Source: Bradyrhizobium sp.
GTDB taxonomy: Bacteria > Pseudomonadota > Alphaproteobacteria > Rhizobiales > Xanthobacteraceae
NCBI GenBank assembly: GCA_036406295.1
Contig: DASWVJ010000054.1
Span: 8,259-72,258, forward strand
Length of the DNA stretch: 64,000 nucleotides
Direction of reading: 5' to 3'
The notes under the pieces were generated by a model that did not search any database, had not been told where the DNA came from, and saw only the letters and a program-made list of their open reading frames with translations. This document shows, one piece after another, positions 48,080 through 56,945 of this stretch (position 1 is the stretch's first letter; every line of letters starts with the position of its first letter). Position numbers and translations under genes: made by a program.

Positions 48080-50266
48080 ATGAACAAGCACGTCAAGCTC
48101 AGCCGCCGCTCCTTCGTCATCGGCTCCGCCGCCGCCGGCGCCGGCCTCGCCATCGGGTTCGATCTTCCGACCGGCGGCCCTAGCGTGGTGCGTGCCGCCG
48201 ACGGTTCGCCCGAGATCAATGTCTGGGTCGTGATCCGGCCCGACGACACCACCGTCATTCGCATCGCGCGTTCGGAAATGGGCCAGGGCACCCTCACCGG
48301 CCTTGCCCAGCTTGTCGCCGAGGAACTGGAATGTGACTGGTCGAAGGTGACGACCGAATATCCCACCCCCGGCCAGAGCGTCGCCCGCAAGCGCGCCTGG
48401 GGTGACTTCTCCACCGGCGGCAGCCGTGGCGTCCGCACCTCGCAGGACTATGTCCGCAAGGGGGGAGCCACCGCGCGCATGATGCTGATCCAGGCCGCCG
48501 CCAACGAGTGGAAGATGCCGGCTTCCGAATGCACCGCAGCCAACAGCGTCATTACCCATACGCCGTCGGGCCGGACGACGACCTACGGGAAGGTCGTTGA
48601 AGCCGCGGCCAAACTGGCGCCGCCAGCCGATGCCGAAGTCAAGCTGAAGGACCCCAAGGACTGGAAGATCGCCGGCAAGCCGCTCAAGCGGCTGGACACC
48701 GCCGACAAGACCACCGGCAAGATGACCTACGGCATCGACGTCAAGCTGCCGGGCATGCTCAACGCCGCGATCAAGGACTGCCCGGTATTCGGCGGCAAGC
48801 TGAAAAGCTACGACGAAGCCAAGGTCATGGGCATGAAGGGCGTCAAGAAGGTGTTGCGCGTCAACGACAGCACCGTCGCCGTGGTCGCCGACACCTGGTG
48901 GCGCGCCAAGACCGCACTCGAGGCACTGCCGATCGTCTGGGACGAAGGCCAAAACGCCAAGGTCTCCAGTGAATCGATCGCCAAGTGGCTGGCCGAGGGG
49001 CTCGACAACGCGCAGCCCGCCTACATCGGCAACCAGAACGGTGACGCCAAGGCTGCCATTGCCGCCGCTGCCAAGAAAGTCGAGGCGGTCTATAACTATC
49101 CGTACCAGAACCATGCGTGCATGGAGCCGCTGAACGCCACGGCACTCTACACGCCGGACAAGTGCGAGGTCTGGACCGGAACGCAAAATGGTGAGGCGGC
49201 ATTCGCCGCCGTGCTGGAAGTATCCGGCCTGCCCGCCGAGAAATGCGACGTTCACAAGCAGATCCTCGGCGGCGGCTTCGGCCGGCGCGGCATGACCGAC
49301 TATGTGCGGCAGGCGGTTGCCATCGCCAAGCAGATGCCCGGCACGCCGATCAAGCTGTTGTGGTCGCGCGAAGACGACATGCAGCACGGCACCTACCATC
49401 CCGTCACGCAATGCAAGCTGACCGGCGCGTTCGATGCCGACAACAATCTGACGGCGCTGCATTTCCGCCTGTCCGGACAATCCATCCTGTATTCGGTCCG
49501 GCCCGCGGCGCTGGAAAACGGCAAGGACACCGTCGCATTCCAGGGCCTCGCTCCACGCGGAGACTTTGCGATCGGCTATACCGTGCCGAACCTGCTGGTC
49601 GAGCATTCCATGCGCAACCCGCACGTTCCGCCCGGCTTCTGGCGCGGCGTCAATATCAATCCGAACGCGATCTATATGGAATGCTTCATGGATGAGCTGG
49701 CGCACGCGGTGGGCCAGGATCCGCTGGAGTTCCGGCGCAAGCTGATGTCGAAACATCCGAAGCACCTTGCCGTGCTCAATGCCGTTGCCGACAGGATCGG
49801 CTGGGGCAAGCCGGCGCCGCAAGGCGTCTATCGCGGCCTTGCGCAGATCATGGGCTACGGCAGTTACGTCGCCGGCGCCGCCGAAATCTCCGTTGTCGAC
49901 GGCAACAAGATCAAGGTGCACCGGATCGTCGCCTCCACCGATCCCGGCCATGTCGTCAATCCGGCGCAGATCGAGCGGCAGATCGCGGGCTCCTTTGTCT
50001 ACGGCCTGTCCGGCCTGTTCTACGGCGGATGTACGGTCAAGGACGGCCGGATCGAGCAGGCCAATTTCGACACCTACAATTCCATGCGCATCAGCGAGAT
50101 GCCGAAGGTGGAATCCGTCATCATGCCGAGCGGCGGCTTCTGGGGCGGTGTCGGCGAGCCGACGATCGGCGTCGCCGCGCCCGCGGTGCTCAATGCCTAC
50201 TTTGCGGCGACGGGCAAACGCATCCGTTCGGTGCCGCTGAGGGACCAGAACATTACCTTCGCCTGA
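48080..50266 (+). CDS. Molybdopterin-binding large subunit, isoquinoline 1-oxidoreductase beta (IorB)/aldehyde dehydrogenase-like, Tat-exported
   Basis: KLSRRSFV Tat motif; RSEMGQG, TGGSRGV, HACMEPLN, LGGGFGRR, WSREDD, FWRGV, GGVGEP. Confidence 0.93.
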   Translation: MNKHVKLSRRSFVIGSAAAGAGLAIGFDLPTGGPSVVRAADGSPEINVWVVIRPDDTTVIRIARSEMGQGTLTGLAQLVAEELECDWSKVTTEYPTPGQSVARKRAWGDFSTGGSRGVRTSQDYVRKGGATARMMLIQAAANEWKMPASECTAANSVITHTPSGRTTTYGKVVEAAAKLAPPADAEVKLKDPKDWKIAGKPLKRLDTADKTTGKMTYGIDVKLPGMLNAAIKDCPVFGGKLKSYDEAKVMGMKGVKKVLRVNDSTVAVVADTWWRAKTALEALPIVWDEGQNAKVSSESIAKWLAEGLDNAQPAYIGNQNGDAKAAIAAAAKKVEAVYNYPYQNHACMEPLNATALYTPDKCEVWTGTQNGEAAFAAVLEVSGLPAEKCDVHKQILGGGFGRRGMTDYVRQAVAIAKQMPGTPIKLLWSREDDMQHGTYHPVTQCKLTGAFDADNNLTALHFRLSGQSILYSVRPAALENGKDTVAFQGLAPRGDFAIGYTVPNLLVEHSMRNPHVPPGFWRGVNINPNAIYMECFMDELAHAVGQDPLEFRRKLMSKHPKHLAVLNAVADRIGWGKPAPQGVYRGLAQIMGYGSYVAGAAEISVVDGNKIKVHRIVASTDPGHVVNPAQIERQIAGSFVYGLSGLFYGGCTVKDGRIEQANFDTYNSMRISEMPKVESVIMPSGGFWGGVGEPTIGVAAPAVLNAYFAATGKRIRSVPLRDQNITFA

Positions 50267-50320
50267 CGTCATGGACGGCGGCGGCATCACGGCCGCCGCC
50301 CGTTCAGTTGGAATTCGCTC

Positions 50321-51595
50321 ATGCCGGTCACGCGCCTGCCGACGCGCAGAAATGCGGTTTTCGGCATCGCCAGCGCTGCGCTGGCGACCGCACTGCCCTG
50401 CCCGTCGCTGGCGCAGGCTGCGCCGCGTGTGGCCGTCATCGGCGGCGGCTTTGGCGGCGCGAACTGTGCGCGCGCGCTGAAGCGGCTCGACAGCAGGCTC
50501 GACGTGACGCTGATCGAGGCGAGCCGCAGTTTCGTATCCTGCCCGTTCAGCAACGAGATCATTGCCGGCTTGAGAGAATTCGAGTCGCAGCGCTTCAGCT
50601 ACGACGGCATTGCTGCCGACGGCATCAAGGTCGTGGCAAGCGCCGCCACGAAGGTCGATCCACAGGCGCGAACGATCGGTCTCGCCGATGGCGTCTCGAT
50701 CGACTACGACCGCCTCGTGCTCGCCCCCGGCATCGACATGCGCTTTGACGTCCTGCCCGGTTATGACGAGACCGCTTCCGAAAAGATGCCGCATGCCTGG
50801 AAGGCAGGCGAGCAGACGTTGCTGCTGAAGCGCCAGCTTGAAGCGATGAAGGATGGCGGCCTGGTGGTCGTCGCAGTGCCCGCCGCGCCCCTGCGCTGCC
50901 CGCCGGCGCCTTACGAGCGCGCCAGCCTGATCGCCCATTATCTGAAGACGAACAAGCCGCGCTCCAAGGTTCTGGTGCTCGACGCGAAGGACGGCTACTC
51001 GCAGCAGCAATTGTTCGAAGCCGCCTGGAAGGAACTCTATCCCGGCATGATCGAACGGATCGCATTGTCGCAAGGCGGCAGGGTCACCTCGGTCGATGTT
51101 TCGAGCGGCACCATCATCACCGAGTTCGGCAACTACACGGCCGATGTCGCCAACGTCATTCCGCCGCAGAGGGCGGGCCGCATCGCCGAGATTGCGGGCG
51201 CTGCCGACAGGACGGGCTGGTGCCCGATCGATCCCATTAGTTTCGGTTCGAAACTGGCGGCGAACATCCACGTCATCGGTGACGCCTGCCTCGCCGGCGG
51301 CATTCCGAAGTCCGCCTCCGCTGCCGCTGCACAAGGCAAGGCCTGCGCCGCGGCCATCGTGAACCTGCTTGCGGGAAAGCCGCTGGAGCCGCCGCGGCTG
51401 ACGGGCGCCTGCTACAATACGGTGGCGCCGGCTTACGCCTTCTCGCTCTCCGGCATCTATCAGCCCAAAGGCGACCAGTTCGCCGAGGTCGAAGTCAGGA
51501 CAAGTCCGCTTGAGGCGTCGCGCGAGACAAGGGCGCAGGAAGCGGAGAGCGCCCTGAACTGGTTCAAGGCGATCACGGGAGAGACCTTTGGCTAG
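50321..51595 (+). CDS. soxF: Flavocytochrome c sulfide dehydrogenase flavoprotein subunit (FccB/SoxF)
   Basis: Tat PTRRN; VIGGGFGG, SCPFSN, MPHAWKAG, RCPPAPYERASL, VIPPQRAG, IGDA..PKSA, ACYNTV, W..ITGETFG. Confidence 0.9.
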   Translation: MPVTRLPTRRNAVFGIASAALATALPCPSLAQAAPRVAVIGGGFGGANCARALKRLDSRLDVTLIEASRSFVSCPFSNEIIAGLREFESQRFSYDGIAADGIKVVASAATKVDPQARTIGLADGVSIDYDRLVLAPGIDMRFDVLPGYDETASEKMPHAWKAGEQTLLLKRQLEAMKDGGLVVVAVPAAPLRCPPAPYERASLIAHYLKTNKPRSKVLVLDAKDGYSQQQLFEAAWKELYPGMIERIALSQGGRVTSVDVSSGTIITEFGNYTADVANVIPPQRAGRIAEIAGAADRTGWCPIDPISFGSKLAANIHVIGDACLAGGIPKSASAAAAQGKACAAAIVNLLAGKPLEPPRLTGACYNTVAPAYAFSLSGIYQPKGDQFAEVEVRTSPLEASRETRAQEAESALNWFKAITGETFG

Positions 51596-52031
51596 GCCGA
51601 TCGCCTGTCTGGCCGCGGCGTTGGTCGCGCTTGGCAGCGCCGCCAGCGCGCAAGCGCTGCGCCCGTTCACCGTCGTGGGCGACGCCATCCCCGCTTCGCT
51701 CACCGCCACCGCCGGCGATGCGGCCCGCGGGCGCGCGCTCGTGGTGGAGCGCAGCAGCACCTGCATTCTCTGCCACAGCGGCCCGTTCCCGGAACAAAGT
51801 TTCCAGGGCGACGTTGCTCCCAGCCTTGCCGGCACCGGCAGCCGCTGGACCGAGGGTGAAATCCGGCTGCGCCTGGTCGACGCCTCGCGCTTCAATCCGG
51901 CAACCATCATGCCCTCCTACTACCGCATCGATGGATTGAGCCGCGTCGGCCGGGCATGGCAGGGCAAGCCGATCCTGACCGCCGAGCAGATCGAGGACAT
52001 CGTGGCGTATCTCGTCACGCTGCGCGAATAG
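51588..52031 (+). CDS. soxX: Sulfur oxidation c-type cytochrome SoxX
   Basis: GDAARGR, CILCH heme motif, GDVAPSLAG, NPATIMPSY, LTAEQIEDIVAYL. Confidence 0.9.
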   Translation: MARPIACLAAALVALGSAASAQALRPFTVVGDAIPASLTATAGDAARGRALVVERSSTCILCHSGPFPEQSFQGDVAPSLAGTGSRWTEGEIRLRLVDASRFNPATIMPSYYRIDGLSRVGRAWQGKPILTAEQIEDIVAYLVTLRE

Positions 52032-52039
52032 GAAGAGAG

Positions 52040-52498
52040 ATGGACGAATCCACGCGACGTGAATTTCTTGCCCTTGCCGGCGGCGCGGCGATGCTCGCGG
52101 TCACGCTGCGGCCGGCCGAGGCGACCCCTGCAACGATGGCGTCGGCCATCCGCAATGTCACAGGCAGCGAGCCGGTCAAGACGGGCAGGGTTAAGCTCGA
52201 TATCCCGCCGCTCGTCGAGAACGGCAACACCGTGCCGATGACGGTAAGTGTCGCAAGCCCGATGGCGCCGGAAGATCACGTCAAGAGCATCCACATCTTC
52301 AACGAGAAGAACCCGCAGCCGAACATCGGCAATTTCCATCTCTCTGCGCAGGCCGGCCGCGCCCAGGTCTCCACCCGCATCCGGCTGGCCGACAGCCAGA
52401 AGGTGGTCGCGATCGCAAAGCTGTCCGACGGCACGTTCTGGTCCGCCAGCGTCGATGTCGTGGTGACGCTCGCCGCCTGCACCGAGGAGGTGATCTGA
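52040..52498 (+). CDS. soxY: SoxY paralogue with non-canonical C-terminal arm (AACTE; AACIE-arm type)
   Basis: Tat STRREFL; PPLVENGNTVP, EKNPQP, STRIRLA; ends VVVTLAACTEEVI instead of VKVTIGGCGG. Confidence 0.88.
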   Translation: MDESTRREFLALAGGAAMLAVTLRPAEATPATMASAIRNVTGSEPVKTGRVKLDIPPLVENGNTVPMTVSVASPMAPEDHVKSIHIFNEKNPQPNIGNFHLSAQAGRAQVSTRIRLADSQKVVAIAKLSDGTFWSASVDVVVTLAACTEEVI

Positions 52499-52818
52499 TG
52501 CCCTCCGCCCTGATCAACGTCCCGGCCAAGGCCAAACGCGGCGACGTCATCGAGATCAAGACGCTGATGTCGCACATCATGGAAACCGGCTATCGCCATA
52601 CCTCATCAGGCGATTCCGTTCCGCGCGACATCATCACCAGCTTCACTTGCCGCTTCAACGGCAACGAAATCTTCCGCGCCGATCTTTTCCCGGCCATCGC
52701 GGCCAATCCCTTCTTCAGCTTTTTCACCACCGTAACGGAAAGCGGCAAGTTCGAGTTCGAGTGGGTCGGCGACAAGGGCTTTTCGGAAAGCGCCTCGGCC
52801 TCCATCACCGTCGAATGA
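52498..52818 (+). CDS. soxZ: Thiosulfate oxidation carrier complex protein SoxZ
   Basis: EIKTLMSHIMETGYR, IAANPFFSF, FEWVGDKG. Confidence 0.9.
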   Translation: MPSALINVPAKAKRGDVIEIKTLMSHIMETGYRHTSSGDSVPRDIITSFTCRFNGNEIFRADLFPAIAANPFFSFFTTVTESGKFEFEWVGDKGFSESASASITVE

Positions 52819-53591
52819 GCCTTGCGCGGACCATAGCCATCGCCGGAGTATTGATCGCGACGGCCGTTGCCGCCGGCGAAATCCCGCAAGAACAGCGCCG
52901 GTCCGGCTTCAGCTTCATGACGCCGGAAACGCAGACCATGCAGAACGACGACACCGCCAATCCCGGCATGCTCTGGGTGCTCGACGGCGAGGCGTTGTGG
53001 AAGCGCAAGGCCGGCACAGCGCAGAAGGCCTGCGCCGATTGCCATGGCGATGCCGCTGCCAGCATGAAGGGCGTCGCCGCCCGCTACCCCGCGTTCGACA
53101 AGACGCCGGGCCACCCCGTCGATCTCGAGCAGCGCATCAATCTGTGCCGCACCAGCCAGCAGCAGGCGCCGCCACTGGCCTACGAGGGCCACGACCTGCT
53201 CGCGCTCACCGCCTTCGTCGCCCGGCAATCGCGCGGCAGCCCGATCGAGGCCGGCACCGACCCGCAGCTGGCGCCGTTCATCGCCAAAGGCCGCGCGCTC
53301 TACACCCAGCGGCAGGGCCAGCTCAATCTCGCCTGCAGCAATTGCCATGAGGACGTCTGGGACAAGCGGTTGGCGGGAGCGGCGATCACGCAGGGACACG
53401 CGACGGGCTATCCGCTCTACCGCCTGGAGTGGCAGACGCTTGGCTCGCTGCAGCGGCGGCTGCGGGCCTGCCTGATCGGCATCCGGGCGCAGGCCTATGA
53501 CTTTGGCTCCTCCGAACTGGTTGAACTCGAGCTCTATCTGATGTCGCGCGCACGCGGCATGCCGATGGAGGCACCGGCGGTCCGGCCCTAG
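52815..53591 (+). CDS. soxA: Sulfur oxidation c-type cytochrome SoxA (diheme)
   Basis: MQNDDTANPGMLWV, CADCH, QRINLCR, RQGQLNLACSNCH, YPLYRLEWQ, QRRLRAC (active-site Cys), PAVRP. Confidence 0.92.
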   Translation: MSLARTIAIAGVLIATAVAAGEIPQEQRRSGFSFMTPETQTMQNDDTANPGMLWVLDGEALWKRKAGTAQKACADCHGDAAASMKGVAARYPAFDKTPGHPVDLEQRINLCRTSQQQAPPLAYEGHDLLALTAFVARQSRGSPIEAGTDPQLAPFIAKGRALYTQRQGQLNLACSNCHEDVWDKRLAGAAITQGHATGYPLYRLEWQTLGSLQRRLRACLIGIRAQAYDFGSSELVELELYLMSRARGMPMEAPAVRP

Positions 53592-54610
53592 CGCCCCGCC
53601 GGTTTTCGCTCCACCGGGTGGATCTCGAGCGCCCGCAGGCGCCCGAGCCGCAGCACTTCCATCTCCAGCGTCCGGCCGATGCGGTCGCGATCGAGCGCGC
53701 GGATCAAGTCGTCGACGCCATGGACGCCGACGCCGTCGAGCTTGATGACGACATCGCCGGGCAACAGCCCTGCCCGCCCCGCGGGTCCGTCCGGCTCGAT
53801 CTGCGCCAGCAGTGCACCCATGGTGTTGTCGATGCCGGCGAGCAGCGCATGCCGCCGCGGGATCGGCGCGGTCTGGCCGGCCACGCCGATATAGGCACGG
53901 CGGACATAGCCGTGACGGATGATCTCCGACAGCACGAACTGCGCGGTGTTGCTGGCGACCGCAAAGCAGATTCCTTGCGCGCCCGCGATGATGGCGGTGT
54001 TGATGCCGATCACCTCCGACCGGGTCGAGACCAGCGGCCCGCCGGAATTGCCGGGATTGAGCGCGGCATCGGTCTGGATCACGTCCTCGATGGTGCGGCC
54101 ACTGACCGAACGGATCGAGCGGCCGAGCGCCGACACCACGCCCGCCGTGACCGTCGATTCAAAGCCTAGAGGATTGCCGATCGCCACCACGAGCTGGCCG
54201 CGCCGCAGCGACTTCGAATTGCCGAGCGAAGCATAGGGCAGCTCTCGCGCGCCGTCGGCGCGCAGCAGCGCGAGGTCAGTGTCGGGATCGACGCCGAGCA
54301 CGCGGGCATCGGTAACGATGCCTTCCATGTCGCGCAGACGAATCTCTTTCGCCGCGCCCACGACATGGCTGTTGGTCAGCACGAGTCCGTCAGGCGAGAT
54401 CACGATGCCTGAGCCGAGCCCGCCGCGTTCGCGAGGCGTCTTTACCTTGGGACCAGTCTCGACGCGGACCACGGCGGGGCCGACGCGGTCGGTCACGTCG
54501 ATCACGGCATTGGAATAGGCATCGAGCAGCGCCTGATCATTGTCGGGAGCACGCTCGTGCGCTCGCGACAGCGGGGCGCCATCGGCGATATCTGAGGTGA
54601 AATCCAGCAT
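53588..54610 (-). CDS. HtrA/DegP-like trypsin serine protease with one PDZ domain, no signal peptide
   Basis: GSGIVIS..LTNSHVV, DLALL, IGNPLG, IQTDAALNPGNSGGPL, C-terminal PDZ. Confidence 0.93.
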   Translation of the reverse strand: MLDFTSDIADGAPLSRAHERAPDNDQALLDAYSNAVIDVTDRVGPAVVRVETGPKVKTPRERGGLGSGIVISPDGLVLTNSHVVGAAKEIRLRDMEGIVTDARVLGVDPDTDLALLRADGARELPYASLGNSKSLRRGQLVVAIGNPLGFESTVTAGVVSALGRSIRSVSGRTIEDVIQTDAALNPGNSGGPLVSTRSEVIGINTAIIAGAQGICFAVASNTAQFVLSEIIRHGYVRRAYIGVAGQTAPIPRRHALLAGIDNTMGALLAQIEPDGPAGRAGLLPGDVVIKLDGVGVHGVDDLIRALDRDRIGRTLEMEVLRLGRLRALEIHPVERKPAGR

Positions 54611-54633
54611 GGTGATGTTCCTGAAGTTTCCAC

Positions 54634-54662
54634 AGATGGTGACGAATGTACGGCGGCGCAAG
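54634..54662 (-). promoter_or_regulatory. Possible RpoH (sigma32)-type promoter of the HtrA gene
   Basis: Minus strand CTTGCG-N15-CACCATCT resembles CTTGAA-N13-16-CCCCATNT; 24 bp upstream of the ATG. Confidence 0.3.
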
Positions 54663-54791
54663 ATGCCCCATCGGCCGCTCACTGCCGGGTGATTGACAGG
54701 GTGGCCGGCGCTCACAACAATCACGCCCAAGGTAGAACAACCGTCGGCCGCCCGGCCGCCAAGACGGACCAGAACTCCCGGGGAAGGTTAC

Positions 54792-56498
54792 GTGGCAGGC
54801 ATTGATGCAGACACTTACGAATGCGACGTGCTGGTCGCGGGCTCCGGCTGTTCCGGCATGTCGGCCGCAATTACCGCCGGACATCACGGCCTGAAAGTCC
54901 TGATCGTCGAGAAGGAGCCGAAATTCGGTGGCACCACCGCGCGCTCCGGCGGTTGGCTGTGGATTCCCGGCACGTCGCTGGCGCGAGCCTGGGGCATAGT
55001 CGAGAGCCCGGAAGTTGCGCGGACCTATCTGCGGCATGAAGCCGGCAACAGTTTTGACGCCGCGCGGGTCGATGCGTTCCTGACCAGCGGCCCAGAGGCG
55101 GTCGACTTCTTCACCAGCAAGACCGCGCTGCGCTTCGACATGCCGCTGACCTTTCCGGATTACCACGCGGAAGCGCCGGGCGGCACGCAGGGCGGCCGCT
55201 CCATGGTGACGCGGCCGTTCAATGGGCGCGAGCTCGGACCGCTGATCAAGGACATCGGCCTGCCGCTGCCAGAGCTGACCGTGTTCGGCATGATGCTGGG
55301 CTCCGGCAAGGAGATCATCCATTTCATGCGCGCGACGAAGTCGCTGACCTCGGCGGTCTACGTGGCCAAACGGCTTTCGAAGCATTTCATGGACGTCATG
55401 CGCCATGGCCGCGGCATGACCTTGACCAATGGCAACGCGCTGGCGGGAAGGCTGGCGAAATCCGCGCTCGATCTGAAGATTCCGCTGTGGCTCTCCTCCC
55501 CCGTGCGCGAACTGATCGTCCAGGATGGTGCCGTGCGCGGCGCGATCGTCGAGCGCGGCGGCCGGCGCATCCGCGTTACCGCCAAGCGCGGCGTCGTGCT
55601 CGCCTGCGGCGGCTTTCCACACGACGTGGCAAGACGCAAGGCGATGTTTGCGCACGCGCCAACCGGCACTGAGCACTTTTCGCCCGGCCCCGTCGGCAAC
55701 ACCGGCGATGGCCTGCGGCTGGCGGAAGCGGCGGGTGGCCGCATCGAGGATACCCTGCCCAACGCGGCGGCCTGGGTGCCGGTCTCGATTACGACGCGCA
55801 AGGATGGCAGCAAGGGCGTGATGCCGCACTTCATAGACCGCGCCAAGCCGGGCGTGATCGCGGTGACGCGCGAGGGCAAGCGCTTTGCCAATGAAGGCAA
55901 CTCGTACCACGACTTCGTGCAGGACATGGTAAAGGCGGCAAAGCCCGGTGAAGAGCTCTCCGCATTCCTGATCTGCGATCACCGGACCCTCCGCAAATAC
56001 GGCCTCGGCAGCGTGCCGCCCTTCCCGATGCTGCTCGGCCATCACCTCAAGACCGGCTATCTCAAGCGCGGCTCGACCTTGGCCGAGCTCGCGCGCACAG
56101 CCGGCATCGACGCCAGCGGACTGGAAGCGACGGTTGCTGCGTTCAACAAGAACGCCGCCAACGGCCACGATCCCGATTTCGGCAAGGGCTCGCGCGCCTA
56201 TAACCGCTACCAGGGCGATGCGCAGCACGGGCCCAATCCCTGCATCGCGCCGATCGAGAACGGGCCGTTCTACGCCATCAAGATGGTGATCGGCGACCTC
56301 GGCACCTATGCCGGCATCAAGACCGATGCCAATGCGCGCGCGCTCGATGCCGACGGCAAGGTGATCGAGGGCCTCTATGCCGCCGGCAACGACATGGCGA
56401 GCATCATGGGCGGCAACTATCCCGGCGCCGGCATCACGCTGGGCCCTGCGCTGACCTTCGGCTATATCGCAGGCAAGCATCTTGCCGGCCGTGCGTAA
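54792..56498 (+). CDS. FAD-dependent oxidoreductase (FAD_binding_2; 3-ketosteroid dehydrogenase/fumarate reductase flavoprotein-like)
   Basis: DVLVAGSG, GGTTARSGGWLWIP, FPDYH, GVVLACGGF, RFANE, GLYAAGND, YPGAGITLG; GTG start. Confidence 0.9.
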   Translation: MAGIDADTYECDVLVAGSGCSGMSAAITAGHHGLKVLIVEKEPKFGGTTARSGGWLWIPGTSLARAWGIVESPEVARTYLRHEAGNSFDAARVDAFLTSGPEAVDFFTSKTALRFDMPLTFPDYHAEAPGGTQGGRSMVTRPFNGRELGPLIKDIGLPLPELTVFGMMLGSGKEIIHFMRATKSLTSAVYVAKRLSKHFMDVMRHGRGMTLTNGNALAGRLAKSALDLKIPLWLSSPVRELIVQDGAVRGAIVERGGRRIRVTAKRGVVLACGGFPHDVARRKAMFAHAPTGTEHFSPGPVGNTGDGLRLAEAAGGRIEDTLPNAAAWVPVSITTRKDGSKGVMPHFIDRAKPGVIAVTREGKRFANEGNSYHDFVQDMVKAAKPGEELSAFLICDHRTLRKYGLGSVPPFPMLLGHHLKTGYLKRGSTLAELARTAGIDASGLEATVAAFNKNAANGHDPDFGKGSRAYNRYQGDAQHGPNPCIAPIENGPFYAIKMVIGDLGTYAGIKTDANARALDADGKVIEGLYAAGNDMASIMGGNYPGAGITLGPALTFGYIAGKHLAGRA

Positions 56499-56500
56499 CC

Positions 56501-56938
56501 TCAGGCGCGCCGCAGGCTTGCCGGCCGCGCCTTGACGGGATCGAGCAGCGACCAGTCGCCGTCTTCCAGCACGTAGCCTTTCGGGAACGGTGCGCGCAGC
56601 TCCAGGCCAAGCGAGCGCAGCACGCGGTCGTCGCGGTAGTAGCATTGCAGGACGACACGGACGAGCGTGGCTGCGGCTGCGCCGCCGGTGGCGCGGAATT
56701 CCTGGGCGACCACGTCGCGCTTGGCCGGATCGAGAGCGGACAGCGGCTTGCCGGCAAGGCGCGCCAGCTGATCGAGGGCCTGCCGCACCATTGCGCTATC
56801 GCGGCCGAGCGTATTGAGGATATCGGCCTGGATCGCGGGATCGTCGGCGCCCGGCACCTTGTACTCATCGCTCGCCGGAATGATCATGGCGGCAATGGTG
56901 CAGAGATCATCGCGCTGGGCCTGGGTAAGTTCGGACAT
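56501..56938 (-). CDS. Gluconate 2-dehydrogenase subunit 3-like small protein
   Basis: IAAMIIP....PGA, QCYYRDDRV..LG; directly downstream of the GMC gene. Confidence 0.75.
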   Translation of the reverse strand: MSELTQAQRDDLCTIAAMIIPASDEYKVPGADDPAIQADILNTLGRDSAMVRQALDQLARLAGKPLSALDPAKRDVVAQEFRATGGAAAATLVRVVLQCYYRDDRVLRSLGLELRAPFPKGYVLEDGDWSLLDPVKARPASLRRA

Positions 56939-56945
56939 CACTTCC

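Noticed and set aside
47564-51910. 1448-aa minus-strand ORF
   Set aside because: Antisense shadow of iorAB-fccB-soxX; no motifs, and long stop-free antisense frames are expected at this GC content.
51588-53591. Canonical thiosulfate-oxidising sox operon implying chemolithotrophy
   Set aside because: No soxB, soxC or soxD in the window and SoxY lacks GGCGG, so the phenotype cannot be inferred from this locus.
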